Assembly: GCF_006345805.1 (NCBI RefSeq)
Contig: NC_043001.1
Span: forward strand, 35,836,001 to 35,900,000
Direction: 5' to 3'
Source: Octopus sinensis
Taxonomy: Eukaryota
DNA length: 64,000 bases
Part shown: in pieces, positions 1 to 13,719 of the stretch
Layout: every line of letters starts with the position of its first letter
Position numbering within the stretch: position 1 is the stretch's first letter
Notes under the pieces: model-generated
The model's database searches: none
What the model saw: only the letters and a program-made list of their open reading frames with translations
Told to the model about the DNA's origin: nothing
Made by a program: the position numbers and the translations under genes

Positions 1-1073
1 AGTATCAGCTGCGATAACATTCTATTTATTAGTCTACGTATGTTTTTTTATCTTCAAATATTCTTTTAATATTCTTAACGATATAACCCATATTTAGTTA
101 AAAGATTATCACTTGATAAATTTCTTGATATAAAAATATTTTGTTTGATTCCTGTTAATAAACTAAGAATTTATTATATAAGTTTAGTATTTTTCACTTA
201 GAATGAATACGAGCATTGCGCAAATGTAATTGTTTACATCTAGTGTTGACGCAAATAAATTAACTTTTCACTAAAATAGCTTGAGTTAACTTTTCATGTA
301 TACAACACGTGAGGATATGAGCTGTGTATGTGTACAATGTATTGTTGTTTGCGTGTGCTAAAGTTAATTAAATTTTTCAACAAATACAAAATATCATCTG
401 ATATGAAAACTCTAAACGGAGCCATTTTAATAATATGAAATAACCAGTGACATTCATGTTTCTTGCTGACTGAGTTCCGCGTCTAATCTTTTTCGTTATA
501 ATCCACGGGACAAACGTTACTGAACCAACATATTCGTAATATTTGTCAACAGTGGAGCAAGAGAAATATGAGGAATACGAAGAAAAAGAAGGAAGCAGAC
601 ACAGCGAGAGAGATGGGGGGGGGAAGAAGGAAAGAGAAAAAGAAGGATAGACATCGATGGACAGGCAGATAAAGAAACCACAAAAAGAAAGTGTAGACGG
701 AGAACAGTAAAGGAGATGGGAAGTGAAGGGAAGTGAGAGGTAAATGTAATAGTTCTTTATGAGCTTAACAATCAGATCTGGATGATGAAATTATGTATAA
801 TTATTGTTAATATTCAGCATCATGATGAAGCGAGTGACATTACTAGGACAGCGTTAGATGCGTGGGTGGGAGTGACGCAGAGCTCGTTTAGTTTCCTTTT
901 ATTGAAAATATTCAAGCTGATTCGCGGCGAGATTTTTTTTTTCTTTTTTTTTCGAGTATTACAAAAATATAGGAATCAGAAAATAAATTTTCCAGAAAAA
1001 CGTACTAGGATAAATCCTCAAATGTACTGATATGTACTAAAAACGAAAATATGGTAAACGGGTGTTTAGGTAA

Positions 1074-1397
<324 letters not shown>

Positions 1398-1399
1398 AT

Positions 1400-1440
<41 letters not shown>

Positions 1441-1726
1441 TGCATATAGATGCATATATAATGTATAGATGCATATATGTACACATACACATATTCATGT
1501 GTGTGTGTGTATACCCATTTCCTTTAACTCTCCCTATATTTCTCTCTCTTGAGTATACTTTTCTCTTTCTTCTCTCCCTAATCACACATCAGTCTAGACT
1601 CTTCGTATTTATATACGCACACACACATTTAGCGACATACACACCTCTCTGTCTCACTACAAGGACTTTACTTCTTATTTTAAACTGACTTCTCAAACAA
1701 GTTTGTGCTTTCCTCTTTGGTTATCG

Positions 1727-2060
1727 CTATCTCTCTCCCTCGCTGTCTGTCTGTCTGGGTCTCTGTATGTCTGTCAGTCTGTCTTTCAGTCTGTCTGTTC
1801 GTCTGTCTGTCAGTCTGTCAGTCTGTATTCCAGTCTATCAGTGTTTCTGTCAGTCTGTCCGTCTGTCTGTCAGTCCCTTTTTCTGTGTGTCTGTCTCACT
1901 TTGTCTGTCTGTCTGTCAGTTTCTCTTTCAGTCTGTCTGTCAGTCTCTTTTTCTGTGTGTCTGTCTCACTTTCTGTCTGTCTGTCAGTCTCTTTTTCTGT
2001 GTTTGCCTCTGTCTGTCTCTCCCTCCCTCCCTCTCTCTCTTTTCTTTCTTTCTGTCTCTT
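1727..2060. repeat. Degenerate (TCTG)n compound micro/minisatellite
   Basis: Recurrent ctgtctgtcagtct units. Explains the three overlapping ORFs at 1703-2187. Confidence 0.9.
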
Positions 2061-3087
2061 TTCCTTTCGTTCCTCATTTCGTTTGCGTTACTATTGTCTT
2101 TCCAATGTTAAATTATTCTTCAAAATCCAGGTAAATACTTTCTCAACACTTCTTACTTACTTTTTATTTACCTTGACTTCAACTTAGAATATGTACAATG
2201 TTATAAATAATTACTGTGATTCAATACTAAAGATAAAAGTTGTACATGTAGACAGGTATTTTAGCTGAATCAAAAGTTTTTCAAAATACATTAATAGCGG
2301 TCGATGCCATGACCATTGGTTTTGCTGCAACCACAACTGAGAAGAAATGAAATGGTCAAAAAGAGCAAAAACATGTATTTCTAAATAAATAGTCTAAAAG
2401 TGAGTGACACGGATAAAAAGAAGTGATAGATTCGTACACTCTGACACAGTAAATTTATTGGAACAACCTTCCACCCACGGTCTAAAGCAACCAGACTGGG
2501 ATAGTTTAGCAAGAGTGACTGGATAAGAAATTGAGAGAGACACGAATAGAGAGACTTACAGACAGATAGATAGACGAAGAAATACTAGGCGTGGGATGTT
2601 CAAGATAGATTTATGTAGAATGCGTGAAAAAGGCAAGCGGCAACGTTTTAGGTGTGATGTTAGGAGTTTTGTTGATGGTTTTTCGTATCGTTACTGTTAA
2701 ATCAGATGTGGTCATATGACTTTTGCAGATATTTCACTCCATCAATGTCACCGATGCGCACCAACGCTTGGGATGAGTGATTAGTTTGGAATAGAAGTAC
2801 CTATTATTAGAAAGCGTAGATGTAGCACCGATATGTTGTACATGCGCATGTAAAGGTGTGTATGGGGCAACGCGCGGAGATGGAATGAAGGAACAAAGGT
2901 AAGGGGGAAAAGAATGAGTTTCAGAATGAGTAAAAAGAAAAGCAGTTCTATATTCGGTGTTCATATTTTAAGTCTTAGGTTTAGCAGAGACAGAGTGAAA
3001 AGCCAAAAGTAACGCAACGAATAATTTATTTGTGTGAGTATGGGCCTACATACACACACTCGCGTGCACACACGTATGTATATTTAA

Positions 3088-3545
3088 CCGACGGGCGAAA
3101 TACCGCTAAGCATTTCGTCCAGCGTGCTAACGATTCTTATTTCTTTATTGCCCACAAAGGGTTAAACATAGAGGGGACGAACAAGGGCAGACAAACGAAT
3201 TAAGTCGATTACATCGACCTCAGTACGTAACTGGTTCTTAATTTATCGACCCCGAAAAGATGAAAAGCAAAGTCGACCTCGGCGGAATTTGAACTCAGAA
3301 CGTAACGGCAGACCAAATACCTATTTCTTTATTACCCACATGGGGCTAAACATAGAGGGGACAAATAAGGACAGACAAATGTATTAAGTCGAGTACATCG
3401 AACCCAGTGCGTAACTGGTATCGACCGCGAAAAGATGAAAGGCAAAGTCGACCTCGGCGGAATTTGAACTCAGAACGTAACGGCAGACGAAATACCGCTT
3501 AGCGTTTCGCCCGGCATGCTAACGTTTCTGTCAGCTCGCCGCCTT
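3088..3545 (-). mobile_element. tRNA-headed SINE family A, tandem multimer (about 2.3 units)
   Basis: Head ggcggcgagctg.cagaa.cgttagca with box-B-like gagttcaaattcc. Tail gggcaataaagaaataag. Unit re-entry at about 3321 and 3136. Confidence 0.85.
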
Positions 3546-3582
3546 GTATGTATATATAAGCATTTTTAATCATATTTACATA

Positions 3583-3795
3583 TTCCTTTCTATTATAAGC
3601 ACAAGACCTAACATTTTGGGGAGGGGGCTAGTCAATTGCACCAACCCCAGTGATTCAATGGTAGCTATTTTATCGTTCCTGAAGGATGAAAGGCAAAGTC
3701 GTTCTCGGCGGTTCGGAACTCAGAACTTAAAGACGGACGAAATGCTACCAAACATTTTGTCCGGCGTGCTAACGATTCTACCCGAACACCGCCTT
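3583..3795 (-). mobile_element. SINE family A variant (alternative tail ...ccctccccaaaatgttaggtcttgtgc)
   Basis: Same head and body as family A with a different 3' segment. Confidence 0.8.
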
Positions 3796-4205
3796 TAATT
3801 TTATTTACACATACGCGCACGCATGGACACTCATTGTATATATGTGTGTGTATGTATATACATGCGTACATACACAGTGAGAGAGAGACACTCACTAACA
3901 TATATGTATGTGTGTGTGTGTATACATATACACACAAATACACAGTCATGTGTGAGTTTATATATAATTTCGTAATTCAAACATTATCTAATATAGAACT
4001 CAACAAGGGGATAGACATAATTACATGTTTATTTTACCAAATCTGTGAGACCCTGGTTGCATATAAACTCAGGTATTTTCACTAATTTGTAAAAGCCGCT
4101 ATTCTTATTGTTTTAACAAAATATAAGTCACTCACTACGACATCTATATCACTGTGACTGTAATATCTCATAGATAATTTTTGATCGTAGTATATGGTGC
4201 AGTTT

Positions 4206-4328
4206 CTTATTTCTTTAGTGTCCACAAGGGACTACACATAGAGGGGACAAACAAGGACAGACAAACGGATTAAGTCGATTATATAGACCCCAGTGTGTAA
4301 CTGGTACATATTTAATCGACCCCGAAAG
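4206..4328 (-). mobile_element. SINE family A 3' fragment
   Basis: Matches the family A tail (gaggggacaaacaaggacagacaaacggattaagtcgat). Confidence 0.8.
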
Positions 4329-4879
4329 TGGGTGCAGTTTCTCTCTCGCTCTTGTGTTTGATCCAGAAAAGCACGTAATTTTCTCGTCATTACGCGAAGA
4401 TGTTACAGAGTGTTACCCCAAAAACCGGTAGAAAGATATTTACTTTATTTTCTCTGGTATCTCTTCTTTATTTACTTCTTATGAACACATGTTTTGTTTT
4501 ATTTAAATTTGTAAATCTCAGGTTAAACAACTGAAATAATTATACTCATACAAGCAATCGAGTATAAGTTTCTGTGTGCAATATATAAAGAGGAAACATA
4601 GGTTGAGAGGAGGAAGTAGAAACCTTAATTTTAGAAATCTTAAAAGTCTAGGATTTTTCATACAATACCGTATTCGTATACTATACACAAAATCATACAC
4701 ACATTAATATATATACGCATATATATATATATATATTTACATATATAAATACATATATATGCATGTGTATATATACATATTCATATATATATACACACAT
4801 ATATAAATATGTATATATATGTGAGTGTATACATTTGTATATATAAATGTTTGTGTATACACACACACACACACACACA

Positions 4880-5280
4880 CATACATCCAGCTATCTCTTC
4901 CACCCAGTATCTTCGTTGGGTCGTGAATGCAGAGTCCTCAGGTGAATCCTCCATAGGGTCGTTTCAGATGCAACCGTTATAATCGATTTTCCGGCTGAAT
5001 TCCGAAGTTCGACCAACTGAGGCTTATGATACAACACAATAACCACCTTCCTGGTCTACTCCTAGGTCTCCCGCTGGTTGGCTTAAACAACTCGTCATGC
5101 TATTGTCTCTTGTGACTTTCTAACTCTATGTCCGTAGTACTGGAACTGTGACCAATCAATGCCAAGATAGTCACTAATTTCCAAGCCACGGACTCTGCGG
5201 AATAATGTTACTTCAGGGTCTCTTCGTAGGAATCCTATCTCGTTAATTTGTATCCTTGATGGAACACTTTTTGCCATTAC
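4880..5280 (-). mobile_element. Decayed 3' end of an RTE-clade (Rex3/Expander-like) LINE
   Basis: Translation across stops and frameshifts: SRIQINEIGFLRR..VTLFRRVRGLEI..LGI..SQFQYYGHRVRKSQE..KPTSGRPRSRPGRW..SLSWSNFGIQPE..VASETTLWRIHLRTLHSRP. Resembles the RTE C-terminus (EMGFLRR, QLRWFGHV, RPRGRPRTRW). Ends in ggatgtatgtgtg. Confidence 0.75.
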
Positions 5281-5304
5281 CCTATATTGATGACAATATA
5301 TAAT

Positions 5305-5660
5305 GAAACCGCATGGCTAAGTAGTTAGAACAGTTGTGCTTACAATGGTGAGGTTGTGAGTTCGATTCCTGGACCGGGCTGTGAGTTGTGTTCCTGAGCA
5401 AGACGCTTCGTTTTTACGTTCCTCCAGTTCAGTCAGCTGTAGAAATAAATTGCAACGTCACTGCTGCCAAGCTATATCGCCAGGGACTGATATAGCTTGG
5501 CAACATCGGTCCCCTGGATAAGGAAGAGACTGATATGCAAGGGTGACTGCTAAGTCTTCTACAAACAACCTTGCCCGGACTTGTGCGTCGGAGGGGGGGG
5601 ACTTTCTAGGTGCAATCCCACAATCTCATAGCTCTTCGTGACCCAAGGGTGTCTTTATTA
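5305..5660 (+). mobile_element. tRNA-headed SINE family C
   Basis: Box A-like tggctaagtagttag and box B gagttcgattcc, followed by gttgtgttcctgagcaagac..cctccagttcagtcagctg, which is shared with 35862. Confidence 0.75.
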
Positions 5661-5940
5661 GGTAAAGAGAGATACGAAAACCAAGCTGAAGATAGAGAGT
5701 TAGTACACACACACGCAATTTTCTAATCAAAATATGGCGATGTCACATAATGTCACAGACACTTTGTATGTTATCTTCAAATGAAAGTGGAAAATATCTC
5801 ATAATTTAATATGTACCCTGTCTCTGTCTTTGTTATTAGTGTGAGGTTTAAATTGTTATTGTAATGCGGGGTGGCTCTACTCACGACAAACCATGTAGCG
5901 TCTTGTAACGTATATTTAGACAGAAAATACATACGTAAAA

Positions 5941-6051
<111 letters not shown>

Positions 6052-6744
6052 TACGTATCCGAAAATATATATATATGTGTGTGCGTGAGTACAGGAAACA
6101 GACTGCTTTTCCATTAAAAAAGATCTACAGTTAAGCGGGAGTTTCATGCCAGGAAATATTACGTAACACTTCATAAACACGAGGATATACTATTCGATGA
6201 TAAACTGCGCACTTTAGTGACGTCAGACACGTTCTATATTTTGAATGTGGCTTACGTTAAAATCCTACAAGATTTTTTTTCCCGATACAGCAAGCAACTC
6301 AGATTAAAAATTAGAATAATTTTATACTTCATATAAAAAAAAATGTAATTTTTTTGTATATATTTCTTATTTCGTTAACCTACAGTTTTGTGTTATTTTA
6401 TGCTTCTTCGTAAAAATTAAGAAATACGATCTTGCCATTGCATTTTATTTTGTTAATTTCTGTACTATTAAAATAATCATGACCACTTTCAAGATGATAG
6501 TTAAAAACTGTCAGAGTCTATGTGTATGATTCAATAGACCTCCTTCCTTCTGTTACGACTAGATTCCATCAATCTCTGGCACGGTTAGATGACGTGACGC
6601 TTATAGATTTCAATTTTGGACTACTTTCTCATAGCCAAAGGATTTTGAAATTTTGGACGGCTTCCCATTACCATTTGGAAGAGCTACTCCATATTCTCCT
6701 CTCTCTTTCTCTTACCCACTCTCACTTTCTCTTTCACACACAAA

Positions 6745-6778
<34 letters not shown>

Positions 6779-6843
6779 CCTCTTTCTCATTCTTTCTCTT
6801 TGCTCTTTCTTGCCAGAGGAGTGAAACGAGCGTGTGCACCTAT

Positions 6844-7065
6844 ACTCTTTACTCTTTTACTTGTTTCAGTCATGTGACTTTGGCCATGCTGGAGCACCGC
6901 CTTGAGTCGAACAAATTGACCCCAGAACTTATTCTTTGTAAGCCTAGTACTTATCCTATCGGTCTCTTTTGCCGAACCGCTAAGGTACGAGGACGTAAAC
7001 ACACCAGCATCGTTTGTCAAGCGATGTTGGGGGCACAAACACAGACACAAACATATACACACGCA

Positions 7066-7100
<35 letters not shown>

Positions 7101-7263
7101 GTCGGGTTTCTTTGAGTTTCCCTCTACCAAATCCACTCACAAGGCTTTGGTCGGCCCGTGGCTATAGTAGAAGACACTTGCCCAAGGTGCCACGCAGTGG
7201 GACTGAACCCGGAACCATGTGGTTGGTAATCAAGCTACTTACCACACAGCCACTCCTACGCCT
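6844..7263 (-). mobile_element. tRNA-headed SINE family B, full length, with internal (TA)/(TG) microsatellite
   Basis: Head ggcgtaggagtggctgtgtggtaag..ccgggttcagtccc, core ccttgggcaagtgtcttctactatagc, tail (aaaagagt)n. Confidence 0.85.
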
Positions 7264-8737
7264 CATACTGTTACATACTTAACGTTCAGAACCGTACAAA
7301 TGACCAGGCACAAATTCAAGGCACTTTTTTCTGTAGGAAAAAATGCAACATTCCTCTGAGACTTAGCAAAATCATCTAAAGGTCAATTAAAAAGGTGAAG
7401 CATGGCGTGGTTGAACGTCAATAAAATGGCCACAAATTGACAATTGTGCAGTTTTATACGTTCTGAAATATCAATTTGACATGCCATGAAAATATACGAA
7501 CTACGACATCGGTTAACAAAGTGATTTGATTCTAGTTTTCTTTAAAACCAAACGTTGGCAAAATACAAGTGTCACTAATAGTTGAGGACAGTAAAGGGGT
7601 TTAATTTTTCAGTTTTGGATATTTCCAGCTGAAAATGGAAGCCAAAATATCAAACAGTCAGTCATTAAATATGATTATAGCCGCGAATTTATTGCATGGT
7701 AGCTTTACTGCTTTTAATTTTCATAAATTAAGCTCTCCTACTTTGTCTCATTGTTGATACAAGTGTTGTGCAGATCATTAAACTAAAATTGAACTTTATC
7801 TTAAAGAAAATATGCAAAAATAAACCCCGACCAATTAGTAAATCAATAATATGAATAATTGATTCAGATTCTCATTAACAATTTTAGATTTTTTTTTTCG
7901 CTTGACTTTGTGTTTCCTTATATGTACATAGAGAACAAATTTGTCTCAGATTTCAAATCGATAACAATAGTACAGTAGTATGAGATACAGAAATAACAGT
8001 AACGATAGCAATGACTGTAACTAGATTAACATCAGCCTCTACGTGGTTGCTCTACGTGCTAGATATAGCAGTACTTAACCTCAACAAATGGCATGCAAAT
8101 AAATCACATTCTAACAACATCAAACACCAAACAACAAATTGGGAAAAGGAACCATTGATAAGACTGAATGGAAAGTTAGGATGGTCGTGGTTGGAATGTC
8201 TTAGTATAGTCTTTTTTAACACTTGGCAGCAAAACATTAACAAACAACAACAACAACAACTGCAAATGCTGGAATACGTATACAAAAGACCCATTTATAC
8301 GCTTTATAACATTAGTCATTTTCACCGATTAAGCCCCACCTTATAACAAGGGTATTTTACTTTATCGCTTAATTTCTTTATTTTATTGCTTGCAACCCGA
8401 GATTTTGTTTTTTAATGTAGGCATTGCATTTCTACCCCCTTGCCTTTGATATTTATTTACTTTTTTTTAACTTGTAATCTTCATTTCGACCTAAAAAGAT
8501 AACTTAATTAAAAGGAACTACATATTTAGCTGCTGTTAGCTAAACGAATCTAGCTGAAGTTTGTTATACGTACATCCTTATAAAATATTCGTAAAAAGCA
8601 CGCACATCCTTACGCATATTTCTATACACATATAAAAGCACAGAAGTGCAAACGATCAAGCTTTCTCACACATACACACACATACACACGTTGATATACA
8701 TGGAAGGAACTACTGTAAGTTGTAAGTTACTGGGAGG

Positions 8738-8822
<85 letters not shown>

Positions 8823-9277
8823 GTATGTATATATATATATGTATGTATATACATATATATATATATGCAGAGAGAGAGAGAGAAAGAGACAAGGAGGAGA
8901 CAGAAAGAGAGAGGGCGAGAGACACAGTGAAGGAGTGAGTAGATATTTCGAAAGATAAACTGTTGTTTAAAGTGTGTCTGTGCAAGAAGGCGAGTAAATG
9001 AAGCGGTGGGCATTTTGCGGGACGTATAATTAAGACAAGGCTTAAAGTTGTAGTTTCAGATAAGGCTGAGGTTAGATGTCATGGTAAGCAGTCTATAAAT
9101 TAGGTAATACAATTAATCAGAGTTATTATCAGTAAGAAAATATCACTAGTTTCGGTTTTGTAAAATTTAATAATGCGTAAAGCTTCTTTGGGGATCCCGA
9201 GTCAAAAGCAGTCAAATCTCGTTCAGATCAGCTTACCGTCTTAGAAAAGGAAAATACAATGTACGATGAAATCATAA

Positions 9278-9340
<63 letters not shown>

Positions 9341-9702
9341 TGAATGCAAGTTGGTTAAAAACTCGCCAGTCCTGATTAAACAAAACTAACAAAAACATCT
9401 CATTGCAAATCATTACAGATTAGAAATAAATCTGGATTGTTAAACATTAATTCCATTCCTTGCTAATGAGGTTACAATATGACTGAAACATGTTCGCCGC
9501 GCTTTCCTGTACTTTCTGGAATGATTTTTAAAAGAAACCTTTAGTCATTACTCAGTGTATTTATTCCCCACAGCATGAAAATTTCTAGTTAACTTGTTGT
9601 ATACTTTCTCCATTGAAAATGTTAATGCTAATTTTATTGGCTATGCAATGCTCAAACCTCAAAGAAATTTACCTGCTGCATGTGGGTAGTAGTTTCTAAA
9701 AA

Positions 9703-9912
9703 GTGGCGAGCAGGCAGAATTGCTAGTACGCCGGTCGAAATGTATAGTTGCGTTTCGTCCGTCTTTACGTTCTGAGTTCAAAATTCCGCGGGGGTCGACT
9801 GTGCCATTCATCTCTTTCGAGGGTCGATAAGTACCAGTTGAGTCCTAGAGTTTATATACTCGACTTAGCCTCTCCCCCCGAAACTGCTGGCCTTGTGCCA
9901 AAATTTGAAATC
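9703..9912 (+). mobile_element. SINE family A (A2 tail ...gctggccttgtgccaaaatttgaaa)
   Basis: Family A head and body with the alternative tail. Confidence 0.8.
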
Positions 9913-10302
9913 AATATGTGCAGTAGGTCACTTTTTATGTGTTTTGACGATACTGAATTCATTTTCTTATACAGGTCTATAATAAAGTTTTGACGAATTG
10001 CCACTGCATTCATTTCGAAGACCAAAATGTAGATTAACGACCACAAAGTGGGATCATCGATTAAAGTAAGTATATCCGATGCTAAATTTATATCCAAATC
10101 AGTAGATGTTTGTTTTGTATTTACGAATCCTTTAGGTAGGCAGTGAAAATTTGAATATGCCTAAACATCGGACTGATCCCATTCAGTGTTTTTGCTGGAG
10201 AATTTGGAGGTGGAGTTTTTTGGTATCAGTGTCAACTAGTTTGTGCGTTAAAATTTTCTCTAATACTGAATTTTCTAATATACTTACATTGGTTTGAAAC
10301 TA

Positions 10303-10578
10303 GTGGAGGCACATAGCCAAGTGGTTAGAGCAGCGGGCTCGCGGTCGAGGGATCGTAGGTTCAAATCTTAGACCGGGCAATGTGTGTGTTTATGAGCGAA
10401 ACATCTAAGCTCCACGCGGCTCCGGCAGAAGGTAATGGCGAACTTCTGCTGACTCTTTCGCCACAGCTTTCTCTCACACTTTCCTCCTGCATCTTGCGTC
10501 CCGTCTAGGTGGGGAACCTATACACCAAGAAACCGGGAAACCGGCCCTTATGAGCCAGACATGCCTCGAGAAGGAACA
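10303..10578 (+). mobile_element. tRNA-headed SINE family D with 13-bp target-site duplication
   Basis: Box A tagccaagtggttagag and box B ggttcaaatc. Exact TSD tggtttgaaacta at 10290-10302 and 10579-10591. Confidence 0.9.
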
Positions 10579-11470
10579 TGGTTTGAAACTACAAGTTTTG
10601 TGAACGAATTTCCTGTCTCCGAATTACGAAGTAGCTTAAGATTTGAGAAACAACTAGAATCAACTGTCATAACTCTCTCAAGTAACATTGTGTTTTAAAT
10701 TTGAAACAATAACAAAATAAAAGCACATTGAATAATGATAATGTAGTCTTGAACAATTTTATCTGGCGTCGTTTCGACGAGAATACTTTTAATCACAGTT
10801 TGCTCGACTAGGGCAGACCTGGTTTAAACAGTAGCAGTAAGAACAACAGTAATAATTAGAGAATATTTGTGAAATATTTTGTGTGCTTTTATGCGAGTGT
10901 GTGTATATATATATATATAGAAACCTCTGAGTAAATTAGCTGTATTTAAATAAACAGCTAGCCCCATCACCGTTTTCTTAGTTAATTCTTCAGCTAGAGA
11001 TATTACGGCTTATCCTCAGCTAATTACTTGCATGTTACATTGTTTCCATAGCACAAACTGGTAAATAATATGGTTTCTGGCACAAACAGAACTAAATACA
11101 TAGCAAAAACAGTTGGAGATCTCGTATGTTACTGTTTCACTATTTGTTGATGTTCTTGTTGCTGATGATCACATTTTTGTTGAAACCTCACGCCATCTGC
11201 CTTACTCAGAGAGACACACGATTAAAGGGGATCTAAACATAACTAATTCTGCCACTCCTTTTTGTGTGCGTGTGTGTGTGTGCGTGTGTGCGTATGTGCG
11301 TGTGTGTGTGTGTATGTGTGTATGTGTGTCCAGAATTACATTGTCCCTGGTCTCATGTTTTAATGATACTTGGTCGTACTCTTAAAAGGTATAGCAACCG
11401 CAGAGAGACACTTCTCGGAAGGGATAGCGATTCACATTTTCCGTTTCAATTCGAACAAATTACGTTATTA

Positions 11471-11884
11471 CTTATTTCTTTATTGCCCACAAGGGGCTAA
11501 ACATAGAGGGAACAAACAAGGACAAAGGGATTAAGTCGATTACATCGACCCCAGTGCGAAACTGGTACTTTATTTATCGATCCCGAAAGGATGAAAGGCA
11601 AAGTCAACCTCGACGGAATTTGAACTCAGAACGTAACGGCAGACAAAATACCTATTTCTTTACTACCCACAAGGGGCTAAACACAGAGGGATCGAACAAG
11701 GACAGACAAACGGATTAAGTCGATTACATCGACCCCAGTGCATAACTGGTACTTAATTTATCGACCCCGAAAGGATTAAAGGCAAAGTCGACCTCGACGG
11801 AATTTGAACTCAGAACGTAACGGCAGACGAAATACCGCTAAGCATTTCGCCCAGTGTGCTAACGATTCTGCCAGCTCGCCGCCA
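11471..11884 (-). mobile_element. SINE family A dimer
   Basis: A full unit is followed by a second unit re-entering at gtattttgtctgcc after the tail aaagaaatag (junction about 11651). Confidence 0.85.
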
Positions 11885-12029
11885 TTTTACGTTATTTCTG
11901 TTGGACTGATACACTCATGGAACTGTAATAGCATCACCGCACCTCAGTTCCATCGACTCAAAACATCTTCTGCAGCCTATCGAAAAAATACTATTGTTGG
12001 TTCCAAATTTTCAGATAAGGACAGCAATT

Positions 12030-12213
12030 TCGGAAGAGGAAGTAAGTCGATGACATCGACCCTAGTGTTCAACTGCTACATATTTTATCGACTCCGTGAG
12101 GATGAAAGGCAAAGTCTACCGCGGCGGAATTTCAGCTCCGTACGCAAAAATGGACGAAATGCTCTGAAGTATTTTGCCCGGCGTGCTAATGATTCTGCCA
12201 GCTCACCACCTTA
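12030..12213 (-). mobile_element. SINE family A, diverged copy
   Basis: gatgaaaggcaaagtc and gattctgccagctcaccacc match family A. Confidence 0.75.
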
Positions 12214-12836
12214 AGAAAATACTGTTAATGCAAAGTGAAATGTTAAGTCCAGGTCTACAACAGCATCTGAGTTGAATCTACCCAGCAAACAAATTTCAAT
12301 AATACTTTATGCAAACTATTGTCTTCGGTGGAGGCATGAATGCCACAGGTTTTCTTTTTCAGTTATCTATTAATCTAAGGAAGTCATTACGTTTGAAGTC
12401 TTTATCATATTAAATATGTAGTGCATAGCTGTAGGCAAGGGAATTATTCGCAAATGATACACTTCAAACTTGGTCACTGTCTGACGACCCTAGCTGTTTA
12501 ATCATTCAGCACTAATTCCTTGCATGCAAGTGTTTTAGTCTTGAAATGTTGATGAGGTTACATAAACATATTTTACGGTCGTTCTCAGCATGGTGTGCCA
12601 ATCAATCGAGGAATTCGGTGAAAAGTATGTCTTCTGTTAGCGGAATCAAAATATTCTGTGAAGGGAGTAAAAAGAGAAAGTAACGAGATAGGTGGGGACT
12701 TTCTCGAGGGGAAAGGACTTTCTCGAGTTGGAATGACGGAATTAAGCCTGAATTAAGTTCTAAAGAAAACAGATCACTCATTCAGATACGCGCGCGCGCA
12801 TGCAAATCTTTCTCGTTGTTCGTAAATTCTTCTTAA

Positions 12837-12875
<39 letters not shown>

Positions 12876-13719
12876 ATCCTCCTCTTAAGTTCTCCCACTT
12901 CCATCTCTCACATTCTGTTTTTTCTAATGCTTATCTCCTCTTTCTGATTAGACTGCAGAAACGGGACTGGCGCCACGCAAAAAGAAAAAAACTCAGAAAA
13001 CAAAAATACTGATACATATTATCAACAAAATAATATAAAATAGGTGTCAGGGATATCTTTAAAATGTTATGTTTAGGAGTAAAGAATCTGTATTAATAAA
13101 TTCAGCCCAGTGCAAGGAGGAAGGTCATTTCCTTGACCTATGGGTAATTAACTAGGCTGAGGCCCTAAACATTGCAACTAAATCCTTGTCTCGTTAGCAA
13201 ATGGTGGCAGAGAGGGACATTTTCGGGAAGGTTATTGTCGCCTACAGAGCAGCTCACGTAATATCATTTACCGTCAATATTAATTCAATATGGCGACTAA
13301 GAAACGAAATATGCAAGAAAGATGGTGGACGATAAACGAATCTGATATATTTACGACGGGATCGAATAACAAGAGTTGACAAAATAGGGGGGAAAATATT
13401 GATAAAATATCAAAAATTAAAATTTATTTTACTCTCCTTCTGTTGATGATACTAATAACGACAATATCTCTTTGAAGCGTAAGATCAATAATTTCGAGAA
13501 AGTGCTTCGTTGATACCATTTACACCAGTACCTTACTGGTACCTAATATTATCGACTCTTGGGTGGGGGATGAAAAGGCAAATGTTACCACGACGGGATT
13601 TGACGTCAGAATAAAAAGAGCGTGAACGATATCTTTAAAATGTTATGTTTAGGAGTAAAGAATCTGTATTAATAAATTCAGCCCAGTGCAGGTCCTCCAA
13701 AACAAACCAGATAATTTAT

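Noticed and set aside
8011-8346. 111-aa ORF with poly-Q and a nearby ATGCAAAT octamer (8093-8100)
   Set aside because: The poly-Q derives from (CAA)n, and a lone 8-mer is expected by chance in AT-rich DNA.
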